Position numbers and translations under genes: made by a program
The notes under the pieces: generated by a model
What the model was told of the DNA's origin: nothing
What the model saw: the letters and a program-made list of their open reading frames with translations, nothing else
Databases searched by the model: none
In this document: in pieces, positions 43,235 to 63,338 of the stretch
Layout of the letters: each line of letters begins with the position of its first letter
Numbering within the stretch: the first letter of the stretch is position 1
Assembly (NCBI RefSeq): GCF_009914755.1
Contig: NC_060926.1
DNA from: the human T2T-CHM13v2.0 reference genome, Homo sapiens
Length of the DNA: 64,000 bases
Reading direction: 5' to 3' (one strand)

Positions 43235-43522
43235 AACCAGGCACAGTGGCTCAGGCCTATAATCCGACCACTTTGGGAGGCCGCGGTGGGTGGATCACTT
43301 GAGGTCCGGAGTTCGAGACCAGCCTGGCAAACATGGTGAAACCCCATCTCTACCAAAAATACAAAAATTAGCTGGGCATTCCTGTAGTCCTAGGTACTCA
43401 GGAGGCTGAGGCAGGAGAATAGCTTGAACACAGGAAGCAGAGCTTGAAGTGAGCAGAGATCCTGCCACTGCATTCTAGCCTAGGCAACAAAGTGAAACTT
43501 CGTCTCAAAAAAAAAAAAAAAA
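43235..43522 (+). mobile_element. AluS
   Basis: Full dimer with A16 tail; left TSD AAAAATTGAGGTATTCC, whose partner is displaced to ~47304-47321 by the L1. Confidence 0.93.
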
Positions 43523-43525
43523 GTC

Positions 43526-47300
<3,775 letters not shown>

Positions 47301-47920
47301 AAAAAAAAGTCAAGGTATTCCCATGTTTCATCTTTGCACCGGAAGTACGTCCTTGCTGTTTTCCTATGAATCATTTCTTATAAATCAGATGCGGCTTTTG
47401 CAGTACAAATATTGTTATTGTGTGCTCTTCTTTCATGGAAGGAGACTGTCTGAGTTTGAGAGGCTCACCCTGAGATTTTGAAATACTAGGATCCTTGTTC
47501 ATGAACACGTACTTAGAATACAAGGATTTCCTGACCTAGTTGGTGTCCACTACTGTCCTAGGGCAGGATCTGATGAACAAAAAGCAATGCTGCTTCAGAG
47601 CTTCATTGCTGGTGGGTGGATGCTGAGCCCCTTTGGATTCTGAAAGTTGTGCCTATGCTGACCTCAGGTGCCTGCCCACTTTCAAACTGAAGGTGCACGT
47701 ATCTAGAATACTGACTTTCCCTCTATCATTAGGATAACAGGATCAGAGCATGTTAAGGTTAGAGGTCACCAAATCACCCTATTATTCCAGATGAGGGAAC
47801 TGCAGCCTAATGATTAGGAAGAGTGATTAACCAGGTCACATAGCAACCTTGAGTTGTGAACAGGCCTTTAAGTGCTTCAGCTGTATCTCTCTCCTCAAAT
47901 AATGCTCCCTCAAAAATTTC

Positions 47921-48048
47921 TCCTGAACCCGGGAAGCAGAGGTTGCAGTGAGCCAAGACCATGCCACCACACTCCAGCCTAGGCAATAGAGTGAGACCCC
48001 GTCTCATAAAAAAATAAATAAATAAAAGGAAAGAAAAGAAAAAAGAAA
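47921..48048 (+). mobile_element. 5'-truncated Alu right-arm fragment
   Basis: GAACCCGGGAAGCAGAGGTTGCAGTGAGCC..CCGTCTC plus A-rich tail. Confidence 0.85.
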
Positions 48049-48084
48049 ACTCATGGTGTACTTAATATCTGTTTACATGGCTTG

Positions 48085-49880
48085 TGCTATGGTTTAAATA
48101 TTTGTCCCCTGTGGAACACATGTTAAAATAAAAGGCTTAATCTATTTCTGTACAAATGGGTTAATGGGTTATTATGAAAGTGGAAGTGCTGGCTTTATAA
48201 GAAAAGGAAGAGACTTGAGCTAGCACACTTGGCCCCCTCACCATGGGATGCCCCATGCTACCTTCCGACACTGCAGAAAGTCCCACCAGTAAGAAGACCC
48301 TCACCAGAGGTGGCCACTCAACCGTGGACATCTCGCCCTCTATAACTGTAAAAAAAAAATTCCTTTTTTAGATAAATTACCCATTTTCAGGTATTCTGTT
48401 ATAAGCAACAGGAAATGGACTAAGACAGAAAATTTGCACCAAGAAGTGGAAAACTGCTGAGAATGAATACCTGAAAATGTTCACGCAGCTTTGGAACTGG
48501 ATAACTGGCAGAGGCTGGAGGAATTTGGAGAAGCAGGTTGGAAAAATCCTGGACTCTGCTGAGGGGTTAGAAGACTAGGGAAAGCTTGGAAATTCTTAGA
48601 GATCAGTGAAGTGGTCACGACCAGAGCACTGATAAAATTATAGACAGTAAAGGACATTCCGACAAGGTTTCAGATGGAACTGAGGAACAAGGTATTGGAA
48701 CCTGGGATTAAGGCCACCTTTATTATAAACGGGAAAGTAACTTGGCTGAACTGCATCCATACCCCAGCACTTTATGGAGGGCTGAACTTGAGAGTGATTA
48801 CTTTATCTTGTGGAATAAGGATCTAAGTAGCAAAGCATTCAGACTACTGCATAGCTACTTTTAATTACTTGCATTAAGGTTTTTTTTTTTTTTTTTTTTT
48901 TTTAAATACAAGGTCTCTCTCTGTCTTTCAGGCTAGAGTACAGTGGCGCAATCATGGCTCACTGGCACCTTGACCTCTTGGGCTCAAGTGATCCTCCCAC
49001 CTCAGCCTCCCAAGTAACTAAGACTACAGGCATGTGCTACCATGCCAGGTGAACTTTTAAATGTTTTGTCCAGACCAGGTCTCCCTATGTTGCTCAGGCT
49101 GGTCTTAAACTCCTGAGCTCAAGAGGCTCTCCTGCCTTGGCCTCCCAAAATGCTAGGATTACAAACATGAGCCACTATGCCTGGAATGCATTAAGCTTTT
49201 AGAAGGAAAAATGACTTAAACATGAAATTTATAATCAAAAGGAAAGTAAAGTGAAAAGATTTGGAAAACTCTCAGCCTGCCCCTGTACAGAGTGAAAAAA
49301 ACTTGTTAGGTAGAGAAAACCTAGTATTTGTGGCCCAGCAACCTTTTGCTAAGATTTGTACCTAGAGAGTGCATGACCAAAAGAATGGAAGAAAGACCTG
49401 GACACATTTCTGAGATCATTGAGGCAACCCCTCCCATCACAGGCCCAGAGGCCTAGGAGGGCAGGATAGTTTTGTGGGACAGACCTGGTGTGCCCTCCAC
49501 AGGCTTGCTGCTCAGGTGCCCCATGGGTATCTGTTCCCTGCATTTCAGCACAGCACTCCTTGGCCACCCCAGCTGAGGCTCCAGTGGCCCAAGGTGTGGC
49601 TCAATCTTGCTGCTCCCAAAGGTGTACGACATAAAACTTGGAGGTATCAATGTGGTATGAATTCTGCAGGGCCACTAAATGCAACAGCTAGGGAGGCATG
49701 ACAGCCTCCACCCATATTTCAAAGGATGTTGCTGAAAGTGTAGGGGCCCAGGCAGAGACTTACTGCAAGGGTGAAGTCACTTCAGAGAGCCTTTATTAGA
49801 GCATTGCTGAATGGAAACGTGGGGTTGTATCTGCTAGTCTTCACCCGAGTAATGCCTAATGGAGCAGTGGGAGAGGGGCC
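48085..49880 (+). mobile_element. MST-family MaLR: LTR 48085-48427 plus partial internal region, no 3' LTR visible
   Basis: TGCTATGGTTTAAAT..GGACTAAGACA then GAAAATTTGCACCAAGAAGTGG; internal sequence similar to the THE1-int at 33235-34754. Confidence 0.8.
48880..49186 (-). mobile_element. AluJ
   Basis: GGGCTCAAGTGATCCTCCCACCTCAGCC, a J-type diagnostic; TSD TGCATTAAG on both sides. Confidence 0.9.
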
Positions 49881-51675
49881 ACCAAAATTCAAAACAGTAG
49901 ACTTAATCTACTTTTACAGAAAATTGTATCTAACAGCTACAGAATACACATTCTTCTCCTTAACACATGGAGCATTCTCAAGGATAGATCATATGTTAGC
50001 TCCCAAATCAAATCTTAAAACATTCACAAAAATTGAAATTATATCAAGCATATCCTCTGACTCCAAAGGAATAAAACTAGAAATCAATAACAACAAGAAT
50101 TTTGGAAGCTATATGAACACATGAAATTAAAAATTATGTTCATGAATAAGTGGATCAATGAAAAAAATAATAAACAAATTAATAATTTTTGATACAAATG
50201 ATAATGGATACACAACATATCAAAGCTTATGGGATATAGTGAAAGCAGTATTAAGAGGAAATGTTATAGTAAGAGTCTACATCAAAAAAAGAAGAAAAAC
50301 TTCAAATAAATAACCTCATGATGCATTTTAAAGAAACAGAAAAGCAAGAGCAAACCAAGCCCAAATTTAGTAGAAGAAAATAAATAAAAAAATTAGAGCA
50401 GAAATAAATATAATTGAAATGAAAATAATACAAAAGATCAGTAAAATTAAAAAGCTGTTTTTGAAAATATAAATAAAACTTACAAACCTTTAGCCAGACT
50501 GACTAAGAAAAAAACACAGAAGACCCAATTAAATAAAATCGGTTATGAAAAAGGAGACATTACAACTGACACCACAGGAATTTAAAGGACCATTAGTGGC
50601 TACTATGAGCAACTATATGCCAATAAATTCAAAATCTAGAAAAAATGAATAAATTCCTTGACACATAGAACCTACCAAGATTGAGCCATGAAGAAATCCA
50701 AAGCCTAAACAGATCAATAACAAGTAACAAGATCAAAGCTGTACAAAAAAGTGTGCCAGCAAAGAAAAGCCTGGGACCCAATGGTTTCAGAGCTGAGTTA
50801 TACTAAACTCTTAAAGAACTAATATCAATCCCACTCAAACTATTTCAAGAAGTAGAGGAGGAATGTACACTTCCAAACTTATTCTACAAGGACGGTATTA
50901 GCCTGATACCAAAACCAGATGAAGACACATTTAAGAAAGAAAACTACAGGTCAATATCCCTTATATATATTGATGCATAAATCTTCAACAAAATACTAGC
51001 AAATTGAGTTCAACAACACATTAAAAAGATTATTCATCATGACCAAGTGAGATTTATCTAAAGAATGCAAGTATGTTTCAACAAATGCTAATTGATCAAT
51101 GTGATACATTTTAACAGAATGAAGGATAAAATCTATATAATCATTTCAATTAATGCTGAAAAAGCATTTGATAAAATTCAACACTTCTTCTTAATTTAAA
51201 AATCCCTCAAAAATTGGGTACAGAAGAAACATAACTCAACATAATAAGAGCCATATACAGCAAAACCACATGTAGTATTATACTGAATGGGGAAATTCTG
51301 AAATCTTTCATCTAGGATCTGGAACATGACAACGAGCTACTTTCACTACTGTTATTCCACAAAAACAAGAGAAAGAAATAAAGGGCATCCAAATTGAAAG
51401 AAAAAGAAGTCAAATTTTCCTTTTTTGCAGATGAAATGATCTTATGTTTGGAAAATTTTTAAGACTTCACAAGAAAACTATCAAAACTAAAGAACAAGTT
51501 CTGTAAAGTTGTAGGATACGAAATCAGCATACAAAAACCAGTAACATTTCTATATTTTAACAGCAAACAATTTGTAAAAGAAATCAAGGATGTAATCTTA
51601 TTATTATATCAACAATTAAAACACCTAGAAATTAAGTTAATGAAAATAATGAAAGATGTCTACAATAAAAACTAT

Positions 51676-52272
51676 AGTGTAAGTTAGTTCAACATTTGTG
51701 GAAGACAGTGTGGCGATTTCTCAAGGATCTAGAACCAGAAATACCACTTGACCCAGCAATCCCATTACTGGGTATATACCCAAAGGATTATAAATCCTTC
51801 TACTATAAAGACACATGCACACATATGTTTATTGCAGCACTGTTCACAATAGCAAAGGCTTGGAACCAATCCAAGTGCCCATCGATGATAGACTGGATAA
51901 AGAAAATGTGGCACATATACACCATGGAATACTATGCAGCCATAAAAAAGGATGAGTTCATGTCCTTTGTGGGACATGGATGAAGTTGGAAACCATCATT
52001 CTCACCAAACTAACACAGGAACAGAAAACCAAACACCACATGTTCTAACTCATAAGCGGGAGTTGAACAGTGAGAACACATGGACACAGGGAGGGGAATA
52101 TCACATACCAGGGCCTGCTGGGGAGTCGGGGGCTAGGGGAGGGATAGCATTAGGAGAAATACCTAATGTAGATGATGGGTTGATGGGTGCAGCAAACCAC
52201 CATGGCATGTGTATACCTATGTAACAAACATGCATGTTCTGCACATGTATCCCAGAACTTAAAGTACAGTAA
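51676..52272 (+). mobile_element. L1PA6/7-like 3' fragment inserted in the L1MA ORF2
   Basis: ORF2 C-terminus 51696-51983 and L1PA 3' UTR ending CCCAGAACTTAAAGTA; imperfect TSD ACAATAAAAACTA/ACAACAAAACTA. Confidence 0.85.
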
Positions 52273-52719
52273 CAACAAAACTAATATTGATACAAGAAAT
52301 TGAGGAGGATGCAAAATAATGAGAAGATATTCTATGTTCATGGATTGGAAGAGTCAATATTCCTAAAATGCTTCTAATACTCAAAGCAATCTACAGACCT
52401 AATGCTACTCCTATCAAAATACCAATGACACTCCTCACGGAAATAAAAAAAAATTCTAGAATTTATATGGAACCACAAAAGATGTAGAATAGCCAGAGCT
52501 ATCTTAAGCAAAAAGTACAAAGCTGGAGGAATCACATTACCTGATTTCAAATTATACTACAGAGGTATAGTAACCGAAACATCATGATACTAGTATACAA
52601 ACAGACATATAGACCAACTATACGGCACATTGGATTAAGCAAAGTTTCTTTAGTGATACTACAGAAGCACAGGTAAACAAAGCAAAACTAGACAAATGAG
52701 ATCACAGTATGTTAATAAA

Positions 52720-53120
52720 TGTGATGGTTAACACTGAGTGTCAGCTTCGTTGGATCGAAAAATACAAAGTATTGATCCTGGGTGTGTTTGTGAGGGTGTT
52801 GCCAGAGGAGATTAACATTTGACTCAGTGGGCTTGGAAAGGCAGACCCACCCTTAATCTAGGCAGGCACAATCTAATCAGCTGCCAGCGTGGCTAGAATA
52901 TGAGCAGGCAGAAAAATGAGAAAAGAGAAACTGGCCTAGCCTCCCGGCCAACATCTTTCTCCCATGCTGAATGTTTTTTGCCCTTGAATATCAGACTCTG
53001 AGTTCTACAGTTTGGGAACTTGGACTGGCTCTCCTTGCTCCTCAGTCTGCAGATGACTTATTGTGGGACCTTGTGATCATGTGAGTTAATACTACTTAAT
53101 AAACTCTTTTATATATATAT

Positions 53121-53157
<37 letters not shown>

Positions 53158-55421
53158 GTGTTCAGAGGGACAGAACTAATGAAATATATATTTCTGTCCC
53201 CCTAGAGAGCCAGGACTGATACAGATTTTTGTTTGGTTTTGGGGTTTCTGGAGTTGGCTGCTTAATATGGTTAGACCCAAAAATGCTAAGAACTCTACTT
53301 CTAATAGTATGGAGAACACTGATCATCCTTAGCATGAACTGTTTAGAGAATTATGCAAAATAAATGCATTTGACACTCCTGATTCATTGCTCATGAGAGG
53401 CAAGGAGTTTAGTGACTCCATACATAACACCTTTGACCATATGTGGAGAACCAAGGAACATATGGAAGCTGGTTGGTTGCTCCTAAGTTCGGTAGAAAAA
53501 GTGATGAAATAAAATGATGAACTCAGGGATTCTATCTCCTGGCTTCAGAAGCAGAGACTAGCATCAAATCTACTAGGATTGCCCTGAGTGAGAGTCTTGT
53601 CTCCTGTGGAGAAAAAGCTGAAATTGTGGAAAAACAGACATAAGCTCTTAACCCGAAAGTGGCTGACCTGCAACAAAAGGTGTATGCACAGCCTTGTCAG
53701 TTGTCTACGGTTAAAGTGAGGGCATTGATTGGAAAAGAATGGAACCATGCAACTTGGAATGGGGATGTGTGAGAGGACTCTGATGAAGCTGGGGACACTG
53801 AGATTGTAAACTCTGATAAGCCTTTTTGCTAGAAGAAGCAGCTTCCCATCCCCAGTAGTGGCAATATCCCCTCTGTGACCCATGCTGCCATCAGCCCATC
53901 AGCCTTTCCACCATTGTTTGAGGAGATAAACCCTGTGCTGTCTGAGGCAACAGTGATGGCCGTTTGAAGTCGCAACTGCAATGCCAACTCGATGACAATA
54001 CTTTGCAGGGCTAGGGTAAAGTTCTCCAGAAGGCCATGTACACTCTGAATCACCCATAGCCAGCCTTCATGGGTCCAGAAATCAAGGGGTGGAAGTGGAA
54101 GTGGCACCACTCACCATCACCCCTAGTGACCCACTAGCAACATTTTTTCTTCCTGTTCCCACGACATTACCTCCTGCCGGCCTAGAAGTCTTTGTTCCCT
54201 AGGGAGGAATGCTGCCACCAGAAGACAAAACAAGGATTTCATTAAACTGGAAGTTAAGATTGCCACATGGACATTTTGGCCTCCTCCTACCTTTAAGTCA
54301 ACAGGCTAAAATGGGAGTTATAGTGTTGGCGGGGGTGACTGACCTGGACTATCAAGATGAAATCAGTCTACCACTCCACAACGGAGGTAAGGAAGAGTAA
54401 GCATGGAATACAGGAGATCCATTGGGAAGTCTCTTAGTATTACCATGCCCTGTGGTTAAAGTCAATGGGAAACTACAACAGCCAAATCCAGGGAGGACTA
54501 CAAATGACCCAGATGTGTTAGAAATAAAGTTCTGGGTCACTCCACCAGGAAAATAAAACAAAACAAAACAAAACCATGACCTGCTGAGGTGCTTGCTGAA
54601 GCAAAGGTAATTCAGAATGGGTAATAGAAGGTAGTCAACAGTAGCTATGACCATGTGACCAGCTGCAGAAACAAGGATTGTATTTGTCATGAGTATTTTC
54701 GCCTTCTTTTGTTAAAAACTTGTTTGTGAATGCATACACTTGTACTAAGAAAATATCTTGGTTTTATTTCCTTTCTCCTTTATCATGTGACATAAGATTT
54801 ATTGACTTCACATTAGCATTTAAGTAATGTTAATTTTTTGTAATAGGATTTAGTTTGGGGATTTGTGCATTTCTGCTTGTATGAAGGATAGTTGTGTTAT
54901 GTTAGAGGTAATTATGACCTTATTATTGTCTTTATTTGAAGATTATATATGATCTCAGGAGATGTGTATGGGTTAAAGTTGAAAAGAGGTGGACTTGTGA
55001 TGGGTAATACTGAATGTCAACTTGATTAGATTGAAAAATACAAAGGATTAATCCTGAGTGTACCTGTGAGGCTGTTGCCAAAGGAGATTAACATTTGAGT
55101 CATCAAGTGTTAATGGGGGTGGGCACAATTTAATTAGCTGCCAGCATGGCGAGAATAAAAAGCAGGCCGAAAAATGTGAAAAGAGAGACTTGCCTAGCCT
55201 CCCAGCCTACATGTTTCTCCTGTGCTGAATGCTTCTTGCCCTTGAACACTGGACTCCCAGTTCTTCAGTTTTAGAACTCAGACTGGTTCTCCTTGCTCCT
55301 CAGCCTGCAGACAGCCTATTGTGGAACCTTGTGATTCTGTGAGTTAATACTTAAACTCCTTTTACATATGTATGTATCTATTCCACTAGTTCTCTCCCTC
55401 TAGAGAACCCTGACTAATACG
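52720..55421 (+). mobile_element. Internally deleted HERV-L with MLT2A1-like LTRs (52720-53223, 54996-55421)
   Basis: Two direct LTRs; TSD ATAAA/ATAAT; gag 5' part fused to integrase 3' part at ~53961; dUTPase remnant 54209-54400 (GVTDLDYQDEI). Confidence 0.93.
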
Positions 55422-57271
55422 ATAATCTTCCACACAGCAAAGGAAGCAATCAACAAGGTGAAGAGACAACCCACATAATTGGAGAAAATATTTACAAGCT
55501 ACCCATGTGACAAGGTATTAATAACCAGAATATAAAAGGAGCTCAAACAACTCTACAGAAAAAATCTAATAATCTGATTTAAAAATGGGCAAAGTATCTG
55601 AATAGACATTTCTCAAAAGAAGACATACAAATGGTAAGCAGGTATATGAAAAGGTGCTCAACATTATTGATCATCAGAGAAATGCAAATATAAACTATAA
55701 TGAGATATCATCTCAGCCCAGTTAAAATGGCTTATATCCAAAAGTCAGACAATAACAAATGTGGAAAAAAGGGAACCTTCATACACTGTGGAATGCAAAT
55801 TAGTACAACCACTGTGGGAAACACTTTGGAGGTTCCTCAAAGATCTAGACTAGAACCATTATATTATCCAGCAATCTCACTTCTATGTATATACCCAAAA
55901 GAAATAAAGTGTATCAAAGAGACATCTGCACTCCTATGTTTATTGCAGCACTATTCACAATAACTGAGATTTTGGAGAAACCTAATTGCCCATCAATAAA
56001 TGAATAGATAAAGAAAATGTGGTACATATACACAAGAGAGTAGTATTCAGCAATAAACAAAATGTGATATCCTGTCATTTGCAACAACACGGATTGATTG
56101 AACTGGAGGACATTATGCTAAGTGAAATAAGCCTAGCTCAGAATGACAAATTTTGCATGCTGTCACTTATTTGTAGGAGCCAAAAATTAAAACAACTCAA
56201 CTCACTGAGATAGAGGGTAAGAAGGATGGTTACCAGAGGCTGGAGTGTACTGAGAGATGTGGGGAGGAAGTGGGAATGGTTAATGGGTACACACAAAAAA
56301 ATAGAAAGTGTGAATAAGACCTAGTATTTGATAGCACAACAGGGTGGCTATAGTCAATAATAATTTAATTGTACATTTTAAAATAACTAAAAAAGTATAA
56401 TTGGATTGTGTGTACTACAAAGGATAAATGCTAGAAGTGATGGATACCCCATTTACTCTGATGTGATTATTATGCATTGCATGCCTATATTAAAATATCT
56501 CATATACCTCATAAATAAATACACCAACTATGTACCCATAAAAATTAAAAATAAAAAAAGAAATATGGGATGTGTTTCTGGAACTTTGAGAAATGCCTCA
56601 TGCTTTGTCTGATAGGAAGAGCCTCAAAGGTCATCTGTCTTAGTGTGAAAAACATTTGCAAAAGTCGTGGATATTTGAAAAGGCCTTGAATGTTTTAGAG
56701 ACACTCTGGAGCATTATTGTGGCTTGCCTGAAGTAGGCTATTTCTTGTAATGCTCTGTATTTTCATTACTAAGATACTTCATTGATGCCTTAACCTTAAT
56801 ACCTTCTGAAACAAACATATCAACCCCCTACCAAAACATATTAACACATTGTCGTCCATCTAATTATTCAACTAGCCAGTACCTTGGCTCAGGGTTACAA
56901 AACTTCAGTTCTATTTGGCTTGACCCTTGCCTTTGAGTTCCAAATGTAATCAGCTACGTAAATCTATGATTCTACCTCCAAAATAATGATAACATCCTAC
57001 TTCTTCAGTTTTATTAACATTGCCCTGTAGATCAATAACAATCTTCTCCTTGATATTTATAATTACTTTTGGAAGAAGGAGTTGCATGGGTGAATGAATT
57101 AATGCATAAATTGGTTGCTGGTTCCAGACATCTCCCTCAGGGGATAAGCATAGGAGGAAGGAGTTAGCATCTGGCTCATCTTAGTGCTACACATATTATT
57201 TAATATAATGCCCTGTAGATGTGGTCATTCGTGGTTTGCTTTTCTTCTATGATTAGCTGAGAATGGCCATC

Positions 57272-57684
57272 TGCTAGTTTGATTTGTTTGGCCCTGCCAA
57301 ATCTCAGTTTGAAATCTGATCTCCAATATCAGAGGTGAGACCTACTGAGAGGTGTTTGGGTCATGAAGGTGGATCCTTCATGAGTTGCTTGGTGATACCT
57401 TCATGGTGATCTGTGAATTCTTGCTCTATTAGTTCCCACAAAAGCTGGTTGTTTAAAATAGCCTAGCACCTCCTTCTGTCTTGCTTCCTCTCTTGCCATG
57501 TGATCTGAATACATGGGCTTCCTCTTCACCTTCCACCATGAGTGGAAGCAGCCAGAGTCCCTCACCAGAAGCAGATGCTGGCACTATGCTTTTTGCACAG
57601 CCTTCAGAACCGTGAGCCAAATAGATCTCTTTTCTTTATAAATTACCAGGTGTTCCTTTATAGCAACACAAATGGACTAAGATA
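57272..57684 (+). mobile_element. MSTB-like MaLR solo LTR
   Basis: TGCTAGTTTG..GGACTAAGATA; perfect TSD CCATC. Confidence 0.9.
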
Positions 57685-59137
57685 CCATCATAAGTACATT
57701 ATGAAAGTACATCAATTTGAATATGTATCAGTGCTCTTTAAATGTCCTTGAACAAACAGGTGTGGGAAAAATATTTTTAATATGGTAGCAGTCTGAAAAG
57801 AACAGAAACAAATTGTATCCCATAAAAGTGTGGCTTTAAGTGGTCATTTGTTTGCTGAAATTGTTATTACAATTGAAACAAAAATCAGCAATCTGTCTGG
57901 ATTCTTCTAATAAACAAAACACATTTAACAAAACTATAAATTATATTGCTGTGGCAAGAAAATAGGATCATCCATGCTGAAATGATCCAGCTGTTTCGGG
58001 TTGTGTCATTTTAAAATGTTTTGTTTCTATTTCTTTCCACATATATTTGTATTTGTTTAAATAGAGTTCTTTGTGGTACTGATTGAAAGAACATATTCCA
58101 ATTTTTTCAACTCTCTGATTATGCAGCTTCTGTGTAAGGTTCTATTTGATTGTCAAGCTAGGCAAGACTTTTTGTGTTGAGCTGTCTTTGTACTGGCAGG
58201 CTTCGAAAGGATAACATGGATTTCATCAGCTCTGACAAAATGCTATGCATTTCACATCCCAGACCTTGTCAAGTTCTACTGTGTAGCACACCTTAATTTC
58301 CTATAGATGTGTGCATTACATTTTCTCACTTGTGTTTTCCCAAAGTACTTGCATCTTTTTTCCCTAGCATAATGCATATTGCTGGCTTTAAAATTGACAT
58401 TTTTTTTCAGAATGCAGATGTGCTTTGAAGATGATTAATTCATTCTGGCTGTCAGGGAAGAGAGAATATGATAAGGAAAGACTGCAACGGAAATTATTTG
58501 GGCTTATCTGATGTACAGCAGTTTATACGTAAATAACTAGAGTGTTGGTGAGAATGGACAGGAAATATAGGTGTACTTGGGAGGTGGGCGGTTAAGCCAA
58601 ATGTTGAGTGGGAATCAGAGCTGGAAGGGAAGGTGTTAGAGAAGGAGGAGTCAGGAAAAATATACAGAACATGGAAAATAGTGAAATAAAAGTGATATAT
58701 ATATAAAATATACCTCTCTCCTGAGAATGATAACATCTCAGGAGAGAGGTATAAACGTGGAACTTCAAACATAATATTGTGTTTATCCAGTTTTAGGGGC
58801 ACTCTTTAAGAAGTTGAGATGAGGCTCTAGGGGTAAAAGGAGAGTGCCCTTGGAGTTTCCGTGCTAAGCTGATATAAAAAGAAGTGGGGCCAATTAAAAA
58901 ATCGTAGAATCAAATTAGTCTTTAGAATGCTTTTTCTTACTCTTTCCAAAAACAAAGTCACCTCAGAGACATTCTGTACCTTTTGGTGGGCTTCTAGCAC
59001 CTACTTATTATTTCTCATTATGGGGAAGTTCACCAATTATATTTATCAAATGATACTGGGATATCCTGATTTAGTTTTAACAGCAGTTAATATTTCATCA
59101 CTTTAAGTCTTCCCCTTTAAACACCATCCACCTTACC

Positions 59138-60988
<1,851 letters not shown>

Positions 60989-61113
60989 TAAAGTGGACTT
61001 ACTAAGAATATTAGAAAAAAAATTAATGCTTGGTCTGCAATTGTGAAAGCCATGAATGAGTTTACCATCAGGAGTACAGGAAATAAAATGTTACCTCCCC
61101 TCTACTTAACTAA

Positions 61114-61484
<371 letters not shown>

Positions 61485-63204
61485 TATTGTGTACTTATTA
61501 ACATAGATTTATAATTCTTTATTTTTTAAAAAATTCTATAAACAAAAAGTGGAGTTGCCAATCAAAATTGAAATAATAGAGGTTTTTATATTTGTCCATA
61601 TATTTAATTTGTAGTGTTTCAAGTTGCTGCCTAGTATGATTTTATTTCAACTTGAGGGAGTTCCTTTATCATTTCTTCTAGAGTAGTTCTAGTGGTAATA
61701 AACTCCCTTAGCTTTTGTTTACATGGAAATGCTTTAATTTATTTCTCATTTTTGAAAGATTATTTTGCAGGATATAATACTCTTGGTGAACAGTTTTTGT
61801 CTTTATTTCTGTTTCTTTCACCACTTTATCATTCCACTGCTTGCCAGCCTGCAAGGTTTCTCGTGGAGAAATCCATTAATAATCTTACTGAGGAAGTCTG
61901 AGATGTGATGAGTCACTTTTCTCTTACTATTTTCAAGTTTCTCTCTTTGTCTTTAACTTTTAACAGTTTGAATATAATGTGTCTTGGTGTGGGTCTCCTT
62001 GAATTTATTCTATAAGTAGTTGGTTAAGCTTCTTGTATTTGTATATGTCTTTGCTCAAATTTGGAATATTTTTGGCCATTATTTCTTCAAATAAACTACA
62101 TATGCCTTTCTCTCTTCTCTTTCTGGAACCTATATAATGTATATATTGGCCCAATTGATGGCATTTCATATGTCCCTTGGTCTCTGCTTGCTTTTCTACA
62201 GTTTTTTTCCTCCATAGATTCAATAACTTCAAATGATTTGTCTTCAAGTTTGCTAATTTTGTATTATACCTATTCAAATCTGTTGTTGAACTCCTGTAGT
62301 TAACATTTGAATTCAGTTATTGTATTTTGTAGGTCCAAAATTGCTGTTTGGTAATTTTTTAATAATTTATATTTCTTTTTTTTACATTCACATTTTGTCA
62401 CATATCATTATCCAGATTTACTTTAGTTCTTTATATTTCTCTTCAGCCCTTTTAGTATATTCAGGACAGTTGTTTTAATTTTTTAATGTATTTGTCTAGT
62501 AAATCTGAATCCTATGTTTCTTCAGGGTGGGTTTCTGGAGAGTTATTTTCTTACTTTGAATGGACTTGTTCCCCTGATTCTTCATATGACTTGTGATCTT
62601 TTATAGAAAATTGGGCATTCGTAAAATCAGCCACTTCTCCCAGTCTTTGTAGATTGACTCCATGAAGGGAAAGTCCTTCACTAATTGACTCAACATGAAA
62701 GCTTAAGTTCTTTTAGTTCTTTCTGGGCATGCACATTTCCTGAGCATGTGTGTATGCTGTTTACTCAATTTATCCATACACATGGCTGTTTTTAAACGTC
62801 TAACTTTCCCAAGAATCTAACCTCTGCTTCTCTCAAGGCGTTGGATTTTCTGTGTAGTTTTCTGCTTGTAATCTCTTGCTGTCAGACATCCCCATAGGTC
62901 TCCAATTCCTCTGCACTTTTTACATGCTACAGCACCAGCCACTGCTTTCTGTCACCTTCAACATGATATCCAAACCATGCCTCCATTCCTGCATTAGTTC
63001 CAAGTCAGGTGAGACTGAAATCAGTTCCTTGGGTAGCCCCCAGACAAGCCAAACATTGCCAGTTAATTTTACTCATTCTCTTCCATCATGAAGGAGGAAC
63101 TGGCAACTAGGTAGCTTCCTCCTGACTGTATCAAGCCACATTGCATTGCAAAAAGAATGTGGTAGGGTGAACAAAAACACGACACAATTTCCCACTGTTT
63201 TGAA

Positions 63205-63338
63205 TGTGTGTGTGTGGTGTGTGTGTGTGTATTGTGTGTGTGTTGTGCGTGTGTGTTGTGTATGTTTTGTGTGTGTGCACGTGTGTTGTGTGTGTGTGCT
63301 GTGTGTGCATGTGTGTGTGTTGTGTGTGTGTGTGTGTT
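63205..63338. repeat. Degenerate (TG)n microsatellite
   Basis: Read directly. Confidence 0.9.

Larger units (their letters stand above)
49885..56559 (+). mobile_element. L1MA2/3-like LINE-1, 5'-truncated, hosting an L1PA fragment and a HERV-L
   Basis: ORF2 remnants (EYTFFS..FSRIDHML); L1MA-type 3' UTR ending TATGTACCCATAAAAATTAAAAATAAAAAAA. Confidence 0.85.

Noticed and set aside
57700-58500. Possible enhancer in unique AT-rich DNA with forkhead-like TAAACA/TGTTT motifs
   Set aside because: Such motifs are expected at this base composition; conservation and chromatin data are not available here
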